A stretch of DNA of 64,000 nt. It comes from an uncultured Zetaproteobacteria bacterium. Its GTDB lineage: Bacteria; Pseudomonadota; Zetaproteobacteria; Mariprofundales; Mariprofundaceae. The stretch is from positions 11,666 to 75,665 of the forward strand of contig CAZUWV010000001.1 in assembly GCA_964624255.1 (NCBI GenBank), in the 5' to 3' direction. Below are positions 1 to 9,206 of this stretch, piece by piece (position 1 is the first letter of the stretch; every line of letters begins with the position of its first letter). A program made the position numbers and the translations under genes. A model generated the notes under the pieces. It worked only from the letters and a program-made list of their open reading frames with translations, made no database searches and was not told the origin of the DNA.

Positions 1-2
1 TC

Positions 3-911
3 GAAAAAGTACTGGTGAATATCGTGCAGCAACTTGAGCCGACCGGCATTGGTGCGCGCGATCTGACCGAGTGCTTGTTGCTTCAGCTGGACGACGGCAA
101 TGATTGCGATGCACTGGCCCGGCGTTTACTGTTGCATTTTCCGGACCAACTGTTCGAGTCGGACGATGTGCTGGCTGGCAGGATGGTTTGTAGCATCGAG
201 GCGCTGGCCCGCGCACGGGGGCGCTTGCGGCGGCTGGATCCGTTTCCGGGGCATGGTCTCCATGGGCAGGACAATATTTATATACAACCCGAGATTATAT
301 TTCGGCGTAGTCCCGAAGGCGACATTTCTATCGAGGTTCCGGGCTATTCATGGCAGGGGTTGCGGCTGGATGAACAATGGAAGAATCAGGGCTGGAAGGG
401 TTCGGAACGAGAGTTTATGGATGGCGCAATCCGCGAGGCCAAATGGCTTCTATATGCTCTGGAGCAGCGAAAAGAAACCTTGTACAGGGTTGCGCATTGT
501 CTGGCACGTCGGCAGCGGGCTTTCCTAGAGTATGGGCTGCTCGGCCTGAAACCGCTGACTTTGCAGAATGTGGCGGAAGAGGTCGAGTTACACGAGTCCA
601 CCATTTCTCGCGTTACCAATGGAAAGTATGCCGAAACGCCTCTGGGTCTTATCGAAATGCGCAAATTCTTCTCGGCTGGCCTGCCAACCCGTGGCGGTGG
701 TACGATTTCCGTGTACCGTGTGCAGCAGCGCGTCAAGGCATTGATCGGGTCCGAACCGCCCGGAAGGCCGGCGTCGGATCAGGCCATATCGGATCGGCTA
801 CGGGCCGAGGGGATTGAAATTGCCCGTCGAACTGTGGCAAAATACAGGGAAACGCTGGGCCTTCCGCCCAGCAGCCAGCGACGAAGGTCGCATCAACATA
901 CAAGGAGGTAG
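3..911 (+). CDS. rpoN: RNA polymerase sigma-54 factor, C-terminal part (5' end lies outside the window)
   Basis: The frame is open from the window edge. The translation reads EKVLVNIVQQLEPTGIGARDLTECLLLQL and ends with the RpoN box ARRTVAKYRE. It is followed by the canonical hpf-ptsN neighbours. Confidence 0.95.
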   Translation, partial: EKVLVNIVQQLEPTGIGARDLTECLLLQLDDGNDCDALARRLLLHFPDQLFESDDVLAGRMVCSIEALARARGRLRRLDPFPGHGLHGQDNIYIQPEIIFRRSPEGDISIEVPGYSWQGLRLDEQWKNQGWKGSEREFMDGAIREAKWLLYALEQRKETLYRVAHCLARRQRAFLEYGLLGLKPLTLQNVAEEVELHESTISRVTNGKYAETPLGLIEMRKFFSAGLPTRGGGTISVYRVQQRVKALIGSEPPGRPASDQAISDRLRAEGIEIARRTVAKYRETLGLPPSSQRRRSHQHTRR

Positions 912-914
912 CTT

Positions 915-1481
915 ATGCAAGTGTCCATAACAGGAAGGCATGTCGAACTGACGGACTCGTTGAAAGAGTATGTACAGGAAAAACTGAAGCATCTCAAACA
1001 TTCCTTTGATCAGGTGGTGGATGTGCATGTGGTCCTGAGTGTGGAGAAGTTTCGCCAGCGTTGCGAAATCTCGATTCAGGCAAATAGATTGAGTATTCAT
1101 GGCAGCCACGAAACAGAGGATATGTATGCTTCAATCGACGGTGTCGTGGATAAACTGAACAGACAGCTTAAACGTTACCGCGCCAAAATGCGCAAGCATC
1201 AGATATCGCCTGAAAACAGCGCATCGGCTATTCAGGTTTCGCACAGCATCCTTACTACAGCTAGCCATGAGGAGGAACTGGCCGCCGATCAGGTGCCGGA
1301 AGTCCTGGAAATGGAGCGCATGCCGGCGAAGCCGATGAGCGTGGATGAGGCCGTTATGCAACTGGAATTATCGGACAGACAGCCACTGTTTGTTTTTACC
1401 AATCAGGACACCAACAGCATGAATGTGGTGTATCGCAGAGGTGATGGAAGGCTGGGCTGGATTGAGCCTGAACAGGCATGA
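915..1481 (+). CDS. hpf: ribosome hibernation promoting factor, long form (sigma-54 modulation protein)
   Basis: 188 aa. The N-terminus MQVSITGRHVELTDSLKEYV is typical of the YfiA/HPF fold. The C-terminal domain KPMSVDEAVMQLELSDRQPLFVFTN is typical of long HPF. The gene lies directly after rpoN. Confidence 0.9.
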   Translation: MQVSITGRHVELTDSLKEYVQEKLKHLKHSFDQVVDVHVVLSVEKFRQRCEISIQANRLSIHGSHETEDMYASIDGVVDKLNRQLKRYRAKMRKHQISPENSASAIQVSHSILTTASHEEELAADQVPEVLEMERMPAKPMSVDEAVMQLELSDRQPLFVFTNQDTNSMNVVYRRGDGRLGWIEPEQA

Positions 1482-1505
1482 ACAACGGCGAGGGGTGAGG
1501 CGCTA

Positions 1506-1955
1506 ATGGGACAGGATACGAGTCTGATTCCGGTTGACGCGATATTACTGAATTCCAGAATGAGCAGTAAAAGTGCGATCATTGCGGAAATTATCGACCT
1601 TTTCCCATCCATTGATCCGGATCAGGCCATGGCCGTGGTGATGGAACGGGAAAAGCTGGGAAGCACAGGCATCGGCCATGGCATCGCTATCCCTCATGGA
1701 AGATTGCCCGATCTTGATGCACCCGTTGTGGCACTGGCACGGCATGCGGGGGGCGTTGATTTTGACGCCATTGACGGTCAGTCCGTTCATATCGTGGTCG
1801 TGCTGCTCGCTCCGGAAAATGAAGACCGTTCCCATCTTGAGATATTGGCAAGCCTCGCGCGAACACTGCAAAAGGAATCCGCCCGTCGGGTCATCATGCA
1901 GGCGGACTCGGCAGAGGTTGTATCCGCCCTGTTTCCGGTACCCGGTCAGAAATAA
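1506..1955 (+). CDS. ptsN: PTS EIIA-Ntr
   Basis: 149 aa with the phosphorylation-site motif GIGHGIAIPHGR. It occupies the conserved position after rpoN-hpf. Confidence 0.9.
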   Translation: MGQDTSLIPVDAILLNSRMSSKSAIIAEIIDLFPSIDPDQAMAVVMEREKLGSTGIGHGIAIPHGRLPDLDAPVVALARHAGGVDFDAIDGQSVHIVVVLLAPENEDRSHLEILASLARTLQKESARRVIMQADSAEVVSALFPVPGQK

Positions 1956-1960
1956 ACGAT

Positions 1961-2914
1961 ATGAAACAGGATTTCGGGCGTATTTCTATTGCCGAACTGC
2001 TCGCCGAGCGCGGTCAATTGATGTGCCTGCATCTCCTTAATGAAGACGCGGATGTGGACCGCTACATGGACAGGCCACGCGTGCAGAAGCCCTCGTTCGC
2101 CCTGTGCGGATTCCTTGAAGGGCTTAACCCCCATCTGTTACATGTGATCGGGAAAACGGGTTTGCACTACCTGGAGGTTCAAAAAAATGACCGGCGCCGC
2201 GAAGCCATTGATGCGATGTTCGACCTTGGCCTGACCGCTATCGTGATTACATGTGGCTTGTCGCCACCGCAGGAAATGGTACAGGCGGCCCGGAGAACCC
2301 GGACGCCGCTGATCGTTACGGATATGGAAACCACTACATTCATGACCGACATGATGCTTTACTTAACACGCAGGCTGGCGCCGCGCGTATACCAGCATGG
2401 CGTGTACATGGATGTGTTCGGCCTCGGCGTACTGATTACCGGAGCGAGTGGTATCGGCAAGAGTGAGATCGCTCTGGAACTTATTATGCGGGGACACCGG
2501 TTTATTGCCGATGATATGGTGGAACTTTCACGCCCCGGACCGGATATTCTTGTCGGCAAGAGTCCCGAGGCCTTACGTTATCATATGGAGATTCGCGGGC
2601 TTGGCATCCTTAATATACGCGATTTATTCGGTGCTGCCGCCCTGACGGACACCAAGCGGGTAGGCCTGGTGGCGGAAGTTGCGCCGTGGGAGAGTCTTTC
2701 GGGGGAGGAGCGCGTGCTTACCGAGGAGCGTACGGCCACGATACACGGTGTACGGCTTGCCAAGGTCATGATTCCCATCCGGCCAGGTCGTTCGCTGGCA
2801 GTGCTGATTGAGGTGGCCGCTCGCAACCACCTGCTTAAACAGCGAGGTGTAGATAGCGGTAAGGAATTTATCCATGCCTTGCAGGAACGTATCCAGCAGG
2901 GACAGTCATCCTGA
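1961..2914 (+). CDS. hprK: HPr kinase/phosphorylase
   Basis: 317 aa with the P-loop GASGIGKSE followed by LELIMRGHRFIADD, characteristic of HprK/P. Confidence 0.9.
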   Translation: MKQDFGRISIAELLAERGQLMCLHLLNEDADVDRYMDRPRVQKPSFALCGFLEGLNPHLLHVIGKTGLHYLEVQKNDRRREAIDAMFDLGLTAIVITCGLSPPQEMVQAARRTRTPLIVTDMETTTFMTDMMLYLTRRLAPRVYQHGVYMDVFGLGVLITGASGIGKSEIALELIMRGHRFIADDMVELSRPGPDILVGKSPEALRYHMEIRGLGILNIRDLFGAAALTDTKRVGLVAEVAPWESLSGEERVLTEERTATIHGVRLAKVMIPIRPGRSLAVLIEVAARNHLLKQRGVDSGKEFIHALQERIQQGQSS

Positions 2915-2925
2915 CAACACAGGGT

Positions 2926-3795
2926 ATGGGTCTCATCCTCAGTGGCCTGTCCGGATCCGGTAAAAGTACGGCCTTGCACGCGCTGGAGGATGCGGGTTGT
3001 TTTTGTACGGATAATTTGCCCGTGCCTTTGCTTGGGGCGTGGGCCGAACAGGTAGCCTGTCAGGGCAAGCCAATGGCGGTGTGCGTAGACGCGCGTAGTG
3101 AAAGGCCTGAGGCGTTGCATCGGGACTTGCGCAAACTCCGCGAACGGAAAAGTGACTGGCAACTGGTTTTTCTCGAAGCGGGCGACGCGACCTTGTTACG
3201 TCGCTACTCCACGCTTCGCCGTCGCCATCCTTACGCGCCGGAACTGGATTTGCCGCAGGCAATCGCAGCCGAACGGAAAGCGTTGACACCAGCGCGCGGC
3301 TTGGCCGATCTGGTGCTGGATACAACGGCCATGAACCCATACGAGCTGGCGGCAATGGTAGAAGCTTTCTGGCATAAGACTCACGCGGGGAACGGCGGGC
3401 TGCCTATCACCATTACCTTGATGTCCTTCAGTTATCAGCGTGGTTTGCCTCTGGATGCGGATATGGTCATTGATTTGCGTTTCCTGCCCAATCCACATTA
3501 TCAGCCGGAACTATCGCAAATGACCGGCTGCGATGTGCCCGTGCAGGCCTTTCTTGAGCGGGATAGTGTGGTGGCTGAAACGGAGGAGAAGCTCAAGCAG
3601 TGGCTGGGCTTCGTCTGGGACAAAATGCAGCAGGAACGCAAACGTTATTTCACCCTGGCCATCGGCTGCAGTGGTGGCCGCCACCGCTCGGTCTATATGG
3701 TGGAACGCATTGGAGCATGGATGCAGCATGAAAGGATGGCTGTGCCCCTCATCCGCCATAGAGATTTGGCCTGCACGACCCATAAGTTACCGTAA
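2926..3795 (+). CDS. rapZ: RNase adapter protein RapZ (YhbJ family, P-loop NTPase)
   Basis: 289 aa with the N-terminal P-loop GLSGSGKSTA and the C-terminal IGCSGGRHRSV motif. It sits in the conserved rpoN-cluster position. Confidence 0.9.
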   Translation: MGLILSGLSGSGKSTALHALEDAGCFCTDNLPVPLLGAWAEQVACQGKPMAVCVDARSERPEALHRDLRKLRERKSDWQLVFLEAGDATLLRRYSTLRRRHPYAPELDLPQAIAAERKALTPARGLADLVLDTTAMNPYELAAMVEAFWHKTHAGNGGLPITITLMSFSYQRGLPLDADMVIDLRFLPNPHYQPELSQMTGCDVPVQAFLERDSVVAETEEKLKQWLGFVWDKMQQERKRYFTLAIGCSGGRHRSVYMVERIGAWMQHERMAVPLIRHRDLACTTHKLP

Positions 3796-3814
3796 TGATT
3801 GTGCGGAAGGTGTT

Positions 3815-4285
3815 ATGACTATGGTGCAGGCCGGGAACGGGAACAAGGCAGAGATGGTCGGTATGGTGATCGTGGCACACGAGCGTATTGGTGAGGCTAT
3901 GCTGGGTGCGGTTGAACATGTTTTGGGACCACAAGCGCTGGCGGCAGCGCTGAATATCGGCGCGGATGCCAATATTCAGGTGGACATCAGTGGGTGCGAG
4001 GCGTGCCTCTGTACCCTGATCGAGCGGTGCGACGCAGGCAATGGCGTGCTGCTGTTCGCGGATATGTTTGGCGGCACACCCTGTAATCTTGCCCTGTCCT
4101 GTATTGAGAGAAGGAACGTGGAGGTGGTTTCGGGATTTAACCTCCCCATGCTGATTAAAGCAGCCACACTGCGGCAAACACTGACCGACCTGCATTTGCT
4201 GGCACGGCAGGCCAGAGACGCTGGTCGCTACCATATGCACATCGCTTCCGAATTGATGCGGGAACGAAGTCGGTCAGATGTCTGA
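3815..4285 (+). CDS. PTS EIIA component, mannose/fructose family (soluble, regulatory)
   Basis: I chose the internal ATG at 3815, preceded by GGAAGG, because the listed ORF start at 3533 overlaps rapZ. The sequence MVGMVIVAHERIGEAML..GVLLFADMFGGTPCN resembles EIIA-Man. An alternative start at 3854 is possible. Confidence 0.8.
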   Translation: MTMVQAGNGNKAEMVGMVIVAHERIGEAMLGAVEHVLGPQALAAALNIGADANIQVDISGCEACLCTLIERCDAGNGVLLFADMFGGTPCNLALSCIERRNVEVVSGFNLPMLIKAATLRQTLTDLHLLARQARDAGRYHMHIASELMRERSRSDV

Positions 4286-4547
4286 GCAGACAACGACTAT
4301 ACGGAACAAGCTCGGTCTACACGCCAGGGCTTCGGCCCGCTTGGCTGTCACTGCGGGCGCTTATGCGTGCGATGTGTTTGTCTCCAAGGATGGTGTTGAG
4401 GTCAATGGTAAAAGTATTATGGGCATTATGATGTTGGCTGCGGGCAAGGGTTCGCGCATTACGGTCCGCACCCGGGGAAGGCAGGAAGATGTTGCGCTGG
4501 CGGCGGTCATCCGGCTGATCAACGAATATTTTGGGGAAGATGAATGA
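4278..4547 (+). CDS. ptsH: phosphocarrier protein HPr/NPr
   Basis: 89 aa. His15 lies in GLHARAS and Ser46 lies in NGKSIMG, so both phospho-sites are present. Confidence 0.9.
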   Translation: MSEQTTTIRNKLGLHARASARLAVTAGAYACDVFVSKDGVEVNGKSIMGIMMLAAGKGSRITVRTRGRQEDVALAAVIRLINEYFGEDE

Positions 4548-6208
4548 TTCAACGTATGCCGCGACGCGGTACCGCCGTCGCTTCAAGTCCGGGGATTGCC
4601 ATCGGTATAGCGCAGAAAATTGATCAGGGACAGAGCCCCATTCCGGAGAGGCAAATTGATGCCGGCCATATCCGGGAGGAAATCAGGCGGCTGGAACAGG
4701 CCATCATTGATGCCGTTGCCGATCTTGATACCGAACGTTCGCACCTGCTGAACCTGGAGAGCCAGGAACCGCTACATATCCTTGATGCGCAACGATTGAT
4801 GCTGCTGGATACCGATTTATCACACAAGGTCATACACATGATTGGCGAGAAAAAGATTAATGCCGAATGGGCCTTGCACCAGCAGATCAGTGCTATCTGC
4901 GGGGTATTTGAAGATATTGAGGATAACTACCTGCGTACCAGAAAAATCGACATTGAGCAGGCAGGTATGCGTATTTTGCATCATCTCACGGGGCGGGAAG
5001 TAAAACCAATTTCTTTTCTGGCTAATGGCGAGCAGGTGATTCTTATTAGTGATGATTTTGCGCCGCTGGAAATCATACGTTTCTGGCGGCAGGGCGTCGC
5101 AGGATTTATTGCCGGACAGGGCGGCATCAATGCCCATGGCATTATTACCGCGCGAGGTATCGGTTTGCCCGCGCTGGTGGGCGTGGAGGGTGCCATCAGC
5201 CAGATCGAGGATGGCGACCCCGTTATTGTAGACGGAGAACGGGGTGTGTGGATCGCCAACCCCGACGATGCGAGCTTATCCGAATATCAGCGGCTGGCGC
5301 AAACCATGGGGCTGGTTCAGGAAGGCTTGCAAGCCTTCGTCAGGAAAGCTTCCACAAGTGCCGATGGTCATGTGCTTAAACTCATGGCTAACCTCGAAGT
5401 GAATGATGAGGTGCCGCTGGCATGTGCGGCGGGTGCGGATGGCGTAGGACTATACCGAACCGAGTTCCTGCTGGCGGGTATGGACCGGTTGCCGGGAGAA
5501 GACGAGCAGTTCCGACAGTACATGCGCGTACTGCGCGGCATGGAAGGATTACCCGTAGTCTTTCGACTGATAGATATTGGGGGTGAGAAACCCATGCTGT
5601 TTGAGCATATCATGGGCCATGCCGCGACGGGCATGAATCCTTCACTCGGCTTGCGGGGGGTCAGAATCCTGTTGCACAACCCTGACGTGATGAGGGTCCA
5701 GCTCATGGCTCTGCTGCGGGTGGCCGATGAAGGCGAGATTCACATTCTTATTCCGATGGTGACACATCCCGACGAAGTCGTAGAGGTCCGGCGCATACTG
5801 AATACGTGTGCCCGGGCGCTTGGCGTAAAAAATAAAATCCCTCTGGGGGTGATGATTGAGGTTCCAGCAGCGGTGATGGTCGCCGATGACCTGGCCAAAG
5901 TGAGCGATTTCTTTTCTGTCGGTACCAACGACCTGATTCAGTATACGCTGGCGGCAGATCGTGCCGATGACGAGGTTGCATATCTTTACGACACATCGCA
6001 TCCTGCCGTGGAAAGTATGCTGCGGCTCACGGTTCGTGCCGCGAAAAAGGCGGATATCCCGATTACCATGTGTGGAGAAATGGCTGCCGACAGACAATGG
6101 ACAGAGCGGTTGATGAACATGGGATTCGACGCCCTTTCCATGAGCGTCAATCATATTCTTCCGCTACGCGAACATTTGAGTCGTTTGCATTACCATCCGG
6201 AAGCATGA
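4544..6208 (+). CDS. ptsI: phosphoenolpyruvate-protein phosphotransferase (PTS enzyme I, no N-terminal GAF domain)
   Basis: 554 aa with EI motifs [28 protein letters not shown] and [15 protein letters not shown]. The start overlaps the HPr stop (ATGA). Confidence 0.9.
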   Translation: MIQRMPRRGTAVASSPGIAIGIAQKIDQGQSPIPERQIDAGHIREEIRRLEQAIIDAVADLDTERSHLLNLESQEPLHILDAQRLMLLDTDLSHKVIHMIGEKKINAEWALHQQISAICGVFEDIEDNYLRTRKIDIEQAGMRILHHLTGREVKPISFLANGEQVILISDDFAPLEIIRFWRQGVAGFIAGQGGINAHGIITARGIGLPALVGVEGAISQIEDGDPVIVDGERGVWIANPDDASLSEYQRLAQTMGLVQEGLQAFVRKASTSADGHVLKLMANLEVNDEVPLACAAGADGVGLYRTEFLLAGMDRLPGEDEQFRQYMRVLRGMEGLPVVFRLIDIGGEKPMLFEHIMGHAATGMNPSLGLRGVRILLHNPDVMRVQLMALLRVADEGEIHILIPMVTHPDEVVEVRRILNTCARALGVKNKIPLGVMIEVPAAVMVADDLAKVSDFFSVGTNDLIQYTLAADRADDEVAYLYDTSHPAVESMLRLTVRAAKKADIPITMCGEMAADRQWTERLMNMGFDALSMSVNHILPLREHLSRLHYHPEA

Positions 6209-7218
6209 GCCATTTACAGGAGCATACCGTGCGATACGACTGGACCGTGAAGGAAATCGAGGCGCTGTTCGCGCTACCGTTCAATGACCTGATATTTCGG
6301 GCGCAAGTGTCGCACCGGGCGCATTTCGATGCCAACGTGGTGCAGCTTTCCACTTTGCTGTCCATCAAAACCGGCGGCTGTCCCGAAGATTGCAAATATT
6401 GCCCGCAATCGACCCACTACGATACAGCAGTTGAATCCGGGTTGTTGATGAAGAAGGAAGAGGTGATAAAGGCGGCACGTGCAGCGAAAGAGAATGGTGC
6501 CTCCCGCTTCTGTATGGGGGCAGCCTGGCGCGAGCCCACAGAGCGTGCCCTCGATAGGGTCTGTGACATGGTGCGCGAAATTAAGGATATGGACATGGAA
6601 ACATGTGCGACGCTGGGCATGCTAAGTGGCGAACAGGCCGCAAAGCTCAAAGCTGCGGGACTGGATTACTACAATCACAATCTCGATACCGACCCGGAGT
6701 ACTACAAGGAAATCATTTCTACGCGCACCTTCGATGAGCGGCTGGACACATTGAGGCATGTGCGTTCCGCTGGCATGAGTATCTGCTGCGGTGGTATCGT
6801 TGGTATGGGGGAATCGCGTCGCCATCGCGCTGGTCTGGTCGTACAGCTGGCGCGTATGCGGCCGCACGCGGAGAGCGTGCCGATCAATTTGCTGGTGAGG
6901 GTGGAGGGTACGCCAGTCGCCGGAGATGAGCAGTTTACCGAAGACCTGGATAACTTTGAGTTCATCCGCACGATCGCCGTTTCGCGTATTACCATGCCGA
7001 CTTCCCATGTTCGGCTTTCAGCCGGGCGCGAGGAAATGAGCGAAGAAATGCAGGCGCTTTGCTTTCTGGCCGGAGCAAACTCGATTTTTTATGGCGAGAA
7101 GTTGCTCACGACCGGCAATCAGGATGCCGATAGGGACCAGAAATTGTTTGAAAAGCTCGGCATCCGTCCGGAGAAATCTGCACCTGCACCCTCTTCCCGC
7201 CGGATGGCCAATGCCTGA
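6205..7218 (+). CDS. bioB: biotin synthase
   Basis: Radical-SAM cluster motif [13 protein letters not shown] and BioB-like N-terminus [22 protein letters not shown]. The ATG at 6205 overlaps the ptsI TGA (ATGA). The listed ORF start at 6070 lies inside ptsI. Confidence 0.9.
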   Translation: MSHLQEHTVRYDWTVKEIEALFALPFNDLIFRAQVSHRAHFDANVVQLSTLLSIKTGGCPEDCKYCPQSTHYDTAVESGLLMKKEEVIKAARAAKENGASRFCMGAAWREPTERALDRVCDMVREIKDMDMETCATLGMLSGEQAAKLKAAGLDYYNHNLDTDPEYYKEIISTRTFDERLDTLRHVRSAGMSICCGGIVGMGESRRHRAGLVVQLARMRPHAESVPINLLVRVEGTPVAGDEQFTEDLDNFEFIRTIAVSRITMPTSHVRLSAGREEMSEEMQALCFLAGANSIFYGEKLLTTGNQDADRDQKLFEKLGIRPEKSAPAPSSRRMANA

Positions 7219-7425
7219 CTCGTCCCTGCCACGGCTAATTTATTCTAACGCCAATGTATCTAAAAAACGATAAATCCAAACCATCCATGATCGATAAGTT
7301 ATTGTTTTTGTTGTGGAAAAAAGGATACGAATATTTAATCAGCATGAAGTTCAGGTATTAGGTATTTTTCCAGCGAAATCAAGATGTTACCTATTAAAAT
7401 AAATTGGCCGTGCGACCCTGTAGGC

Positions 7426-7582
7426 TAGCTTGGACTATTTGCCGCGTCCTTGCTGGTTCCTTTGTCCGCACCGAATCCCTCGTCGGTTGTTCGTATGCAT
7501 GGCTACGGTCGCCCTCCTTGGAATCCTTTGTGAACAAAAGGCCTGCGCAATCATCACGGCGATTTATGAATAGTCCAGGCAG
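7426..7582 (+). mobile_element. family-A MITE-like element, copy A1 (slightly degenerate ends)
   Basis: Left end C-TA-GCTTGGACTATTT. Right end CGATTTATGAATAGTCCAGGC. The core TTTGTCCGCACCGAATCCCTCGTCGG..GCATGGCTACGG is shared with the copies at 25373, 43492 and 46585. Confidence 0.75.
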
Positions 7583-7679
7583 TGGATAGCGCCGACAGTC
7601 AGGGCTTCCAGACCATTTTTCGACAGCGGGCGCTTTCGCGAGTTTGACGGTCGCTGCCGCGCGCGTAGCATCGTTCGCG

Positions 7680-7713
7680 CTGACCTGCATTATTCGTGAA
7701 TAATGCAGGTCAG
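7680..7713. repeat. collapsed family-A-type palindrome (TIR-TIR)
   Basis: A perfect 16-bp inverted repeat, CTGACCTGCATTATTC gt GAATAATGCAGGTCAG. The arms match the A4/A5 terminal sequence CCTGCATTATTCATGAAT. Confidence 0.7.
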
Positions 7714-7758
7714 GAGCCTGCCGCACAGTAAATTTCCCATAAATCCGACAGGCTCCTG
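7711..7758. repeat. family-C hairpin repeat
   Basis: CAGGAGCCTG - 28 nt (CCGCACAGTAAATTTCCCATAAATCCGA) - CAGGCTCCTG. The reverse complement matches 44597-44638, and part of it matches 24390-24425. Confidence 0.6.
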
Positions 7759-7785
7759 ACAATGAAAACAGGTAAGGAGTGCCGT

Positions 7786-8100
7786 ATGTTCGTCACCATG
7801 AATCGTTTTACCATCGATCCCGATCACTGGGGTGATTTTGAGGATCGCTTCAGGCAACGTGCGGGGCTGGTGGATGATGAGCCCGGTTTTATCCGTAACG
7901 CCGTACTGCGCCCATCCGAAAAAAGTAGCGAACAACATATCGTCATGACCTTGTGGGAATCTCGCGAAGCGTTCGTAGCATGGACGAAATCGGAATCCTT
8001 CAGAAAGGCGCACGCCAAGGCGGGCCAGACGCCGAAGGAATGGTTTGTCGGGCCAACAAAACTGGAAATGTTTGAAGGCGTCATCGACTCTTCCGATTGA
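7786..8100 (+). CDS. antibiotic-biosynthesis-monooxygenase (ABM) fold protein
   Basis: About 100 aa. The sequence MFVTMNRFTIDP..HIVMTLWESREAFVAWTKSESFRKAH is typical of small ABM / heme-degrading monooxygenase-like proteins. The start could also be 7762. Confidence 0.65.
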   Translation: MFVTMNRFTIDPDHWGDFEDRFRQRAGLVDDEPGFIRNAVLRPSEKSSEQHIVMTLWESREAFVAWTKSESFRKAHAKAGQTPKEWFVGPTKLEMFEGVIDSSD

Positions 8101-8204
8101 AGGGGAGGTATCCACCCCGGACAAGCTTGCACCTCGCTTTAACCTGTACTCTGAATAGTTCTGCACTGCCGCGCATGCGGTACACGGGGTTAAAGGGAGA
8201 GGAT

Positions 8205-9104
8205 TTATCCATCCCTTGCGACTTCCCTGATTAGCCATGCCCTGAATGCAGCCAGTTCCTCGCTCTCCCTGCGGGTTGTTGGCCAGACCAGATAGTAGGC
8301 GCTCGTCGTTGGCATGGCGTGGGTGAAAGGCTGGATCAATCGCTTGTCTTTCAGCTCCTCCTGTACCAGCAACGGGTCAATGATGGCGACGCCGAGACCG
8401 CGCATGGCGGCAGCGATAGTGAAGTTTCGCGTTTCAAATTCCTGATCGCGGCATGGCTTCAGCCTGGTAAGTCCTTCCGCGTCCAGCCACGCTTGCCAGT
8501 CGCCTGGTCGCAGTCTGGAGTGGAGTAGTGTATGTCCGGCGAGGTCGGAAGGCTGGTTTAATGGTGTGTCCCCGGTTGGTGTGGAAGGACTGCAAACCGG
8601 GGTAAACTGCTCGTCCAGCAGGCGGAGGGCGTGGGTGTCGGCCCATGACCCCTGACCTGACCTGATGGCGCAATCCACATCTTCCTGTTCGAAATCAACG
8701 AGCTTGATGGATGTGGAAATATGCACCTTGATGTCCGGATAGATTTTCTGAAAACGGTACAGCCGCGGGATGAACCAGCGCATGGCAAAGGTGGAAAGCA
8801 TACTGACCGTAATGGTGCCGGGGCTTTGTCGAGGTTTGATGGCGCGGATGGCATCGTCCAGTTGGGCGAAAGCATTTGACACCCGAGGGTGCAACGATTT
8901 CCCACTTGCGGTCAATGCCAATCCTCGGGGGTTACGCGTAAACAGCTTGAGGTCCAGTTCCGCCTCCAGACCGCGAATCTGATGCGAAAGGGCGGACGGG
9001 GTGACGAAAAGCTCGGCGGCGGCAGCGCGCAGGTTCAGGTGTGTTCCGACTACGGAGAATACCTGGAGGGCCTTCAGAGAAGGAATGCGAGAACCGTTAG
9101 ACAT
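8205..9104 (-). CDS. LysR-family transcriptional regulator (GcvA-like)
   Basis: 299 aa with an N-terminal HTH ([38 protein letters not shown]). It is divergent from leuC. Confidence 0.85.
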   Translation of the reverse strand: MSNGSRIPSLKALQVFSVVGTHLNLRAAAAELFVTPSALSHQIRGLEAELDLKLFTRNPRGLALTASGKSLHPRVSNAFAQLDDAIRAIKPRQSPGTITVSMLSTFAMRWFIPRLYRFQKIYPDIKVHISTSIKLVDFEQEDVDCAIRSGQGSWADTHALRLLDEQFTPVCSPSTPTGDTPLNQPSDLAGHTLLHSRLRPGDWQAWLDAEGLTRLKPCRDQEFETRNFTIAAAMRGLGVAIIDPLLVQEELKDKRLIQPFTHAMPTTSAYYLVWPTTRRESEELAAFRAWLIREVARDG

Positions 9105-9206
9105 GAGAAAAACTCAACATATACGAAAGAATATATCCTTTTATTTATTCTTGCAGCAAGTTTATATTTTGCGAATCTATTGATATTTCTTTGTGAGGAT
9201 CCAGCG

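Noticed and set aside
3533-3814. N-terminal extensions of listed ORFs: 3533 for the EIIA gene, 6070 for bioB, 8889 for leuC, 23337 for dxs, 26424 for yaaA, 39572 for czcB, 46722 for the lipoprotein, 58012 for aroQ and 59254 for accC.
   Set aside because: The extensions overlap the preceding gene or a repeat element and have no similarity to the respective families. Internal starts give canonical N-termini, often with an RBS or an ATGA coupling.
7394-7762. ORFs running through repeat elements: 7394-7762 (-), 7404-7589 (+), 25129-25539 (+), 46563-46751 (+), 43432-43710 (-), 42374-42787 (+), 58970-59173 (-), 60629-60847 (-). They give recurring peptides such as SFVRTESLVGRPYAWLRPPS and EPPCTSFYPENG.
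   Set aside because: The recurrence comes from repeated DNA. The copies are read in different frames and on different strands, and they carry indels that break the frames. They are bounded by inverted repeats, not by start/RBS signals. They are not a protein family.
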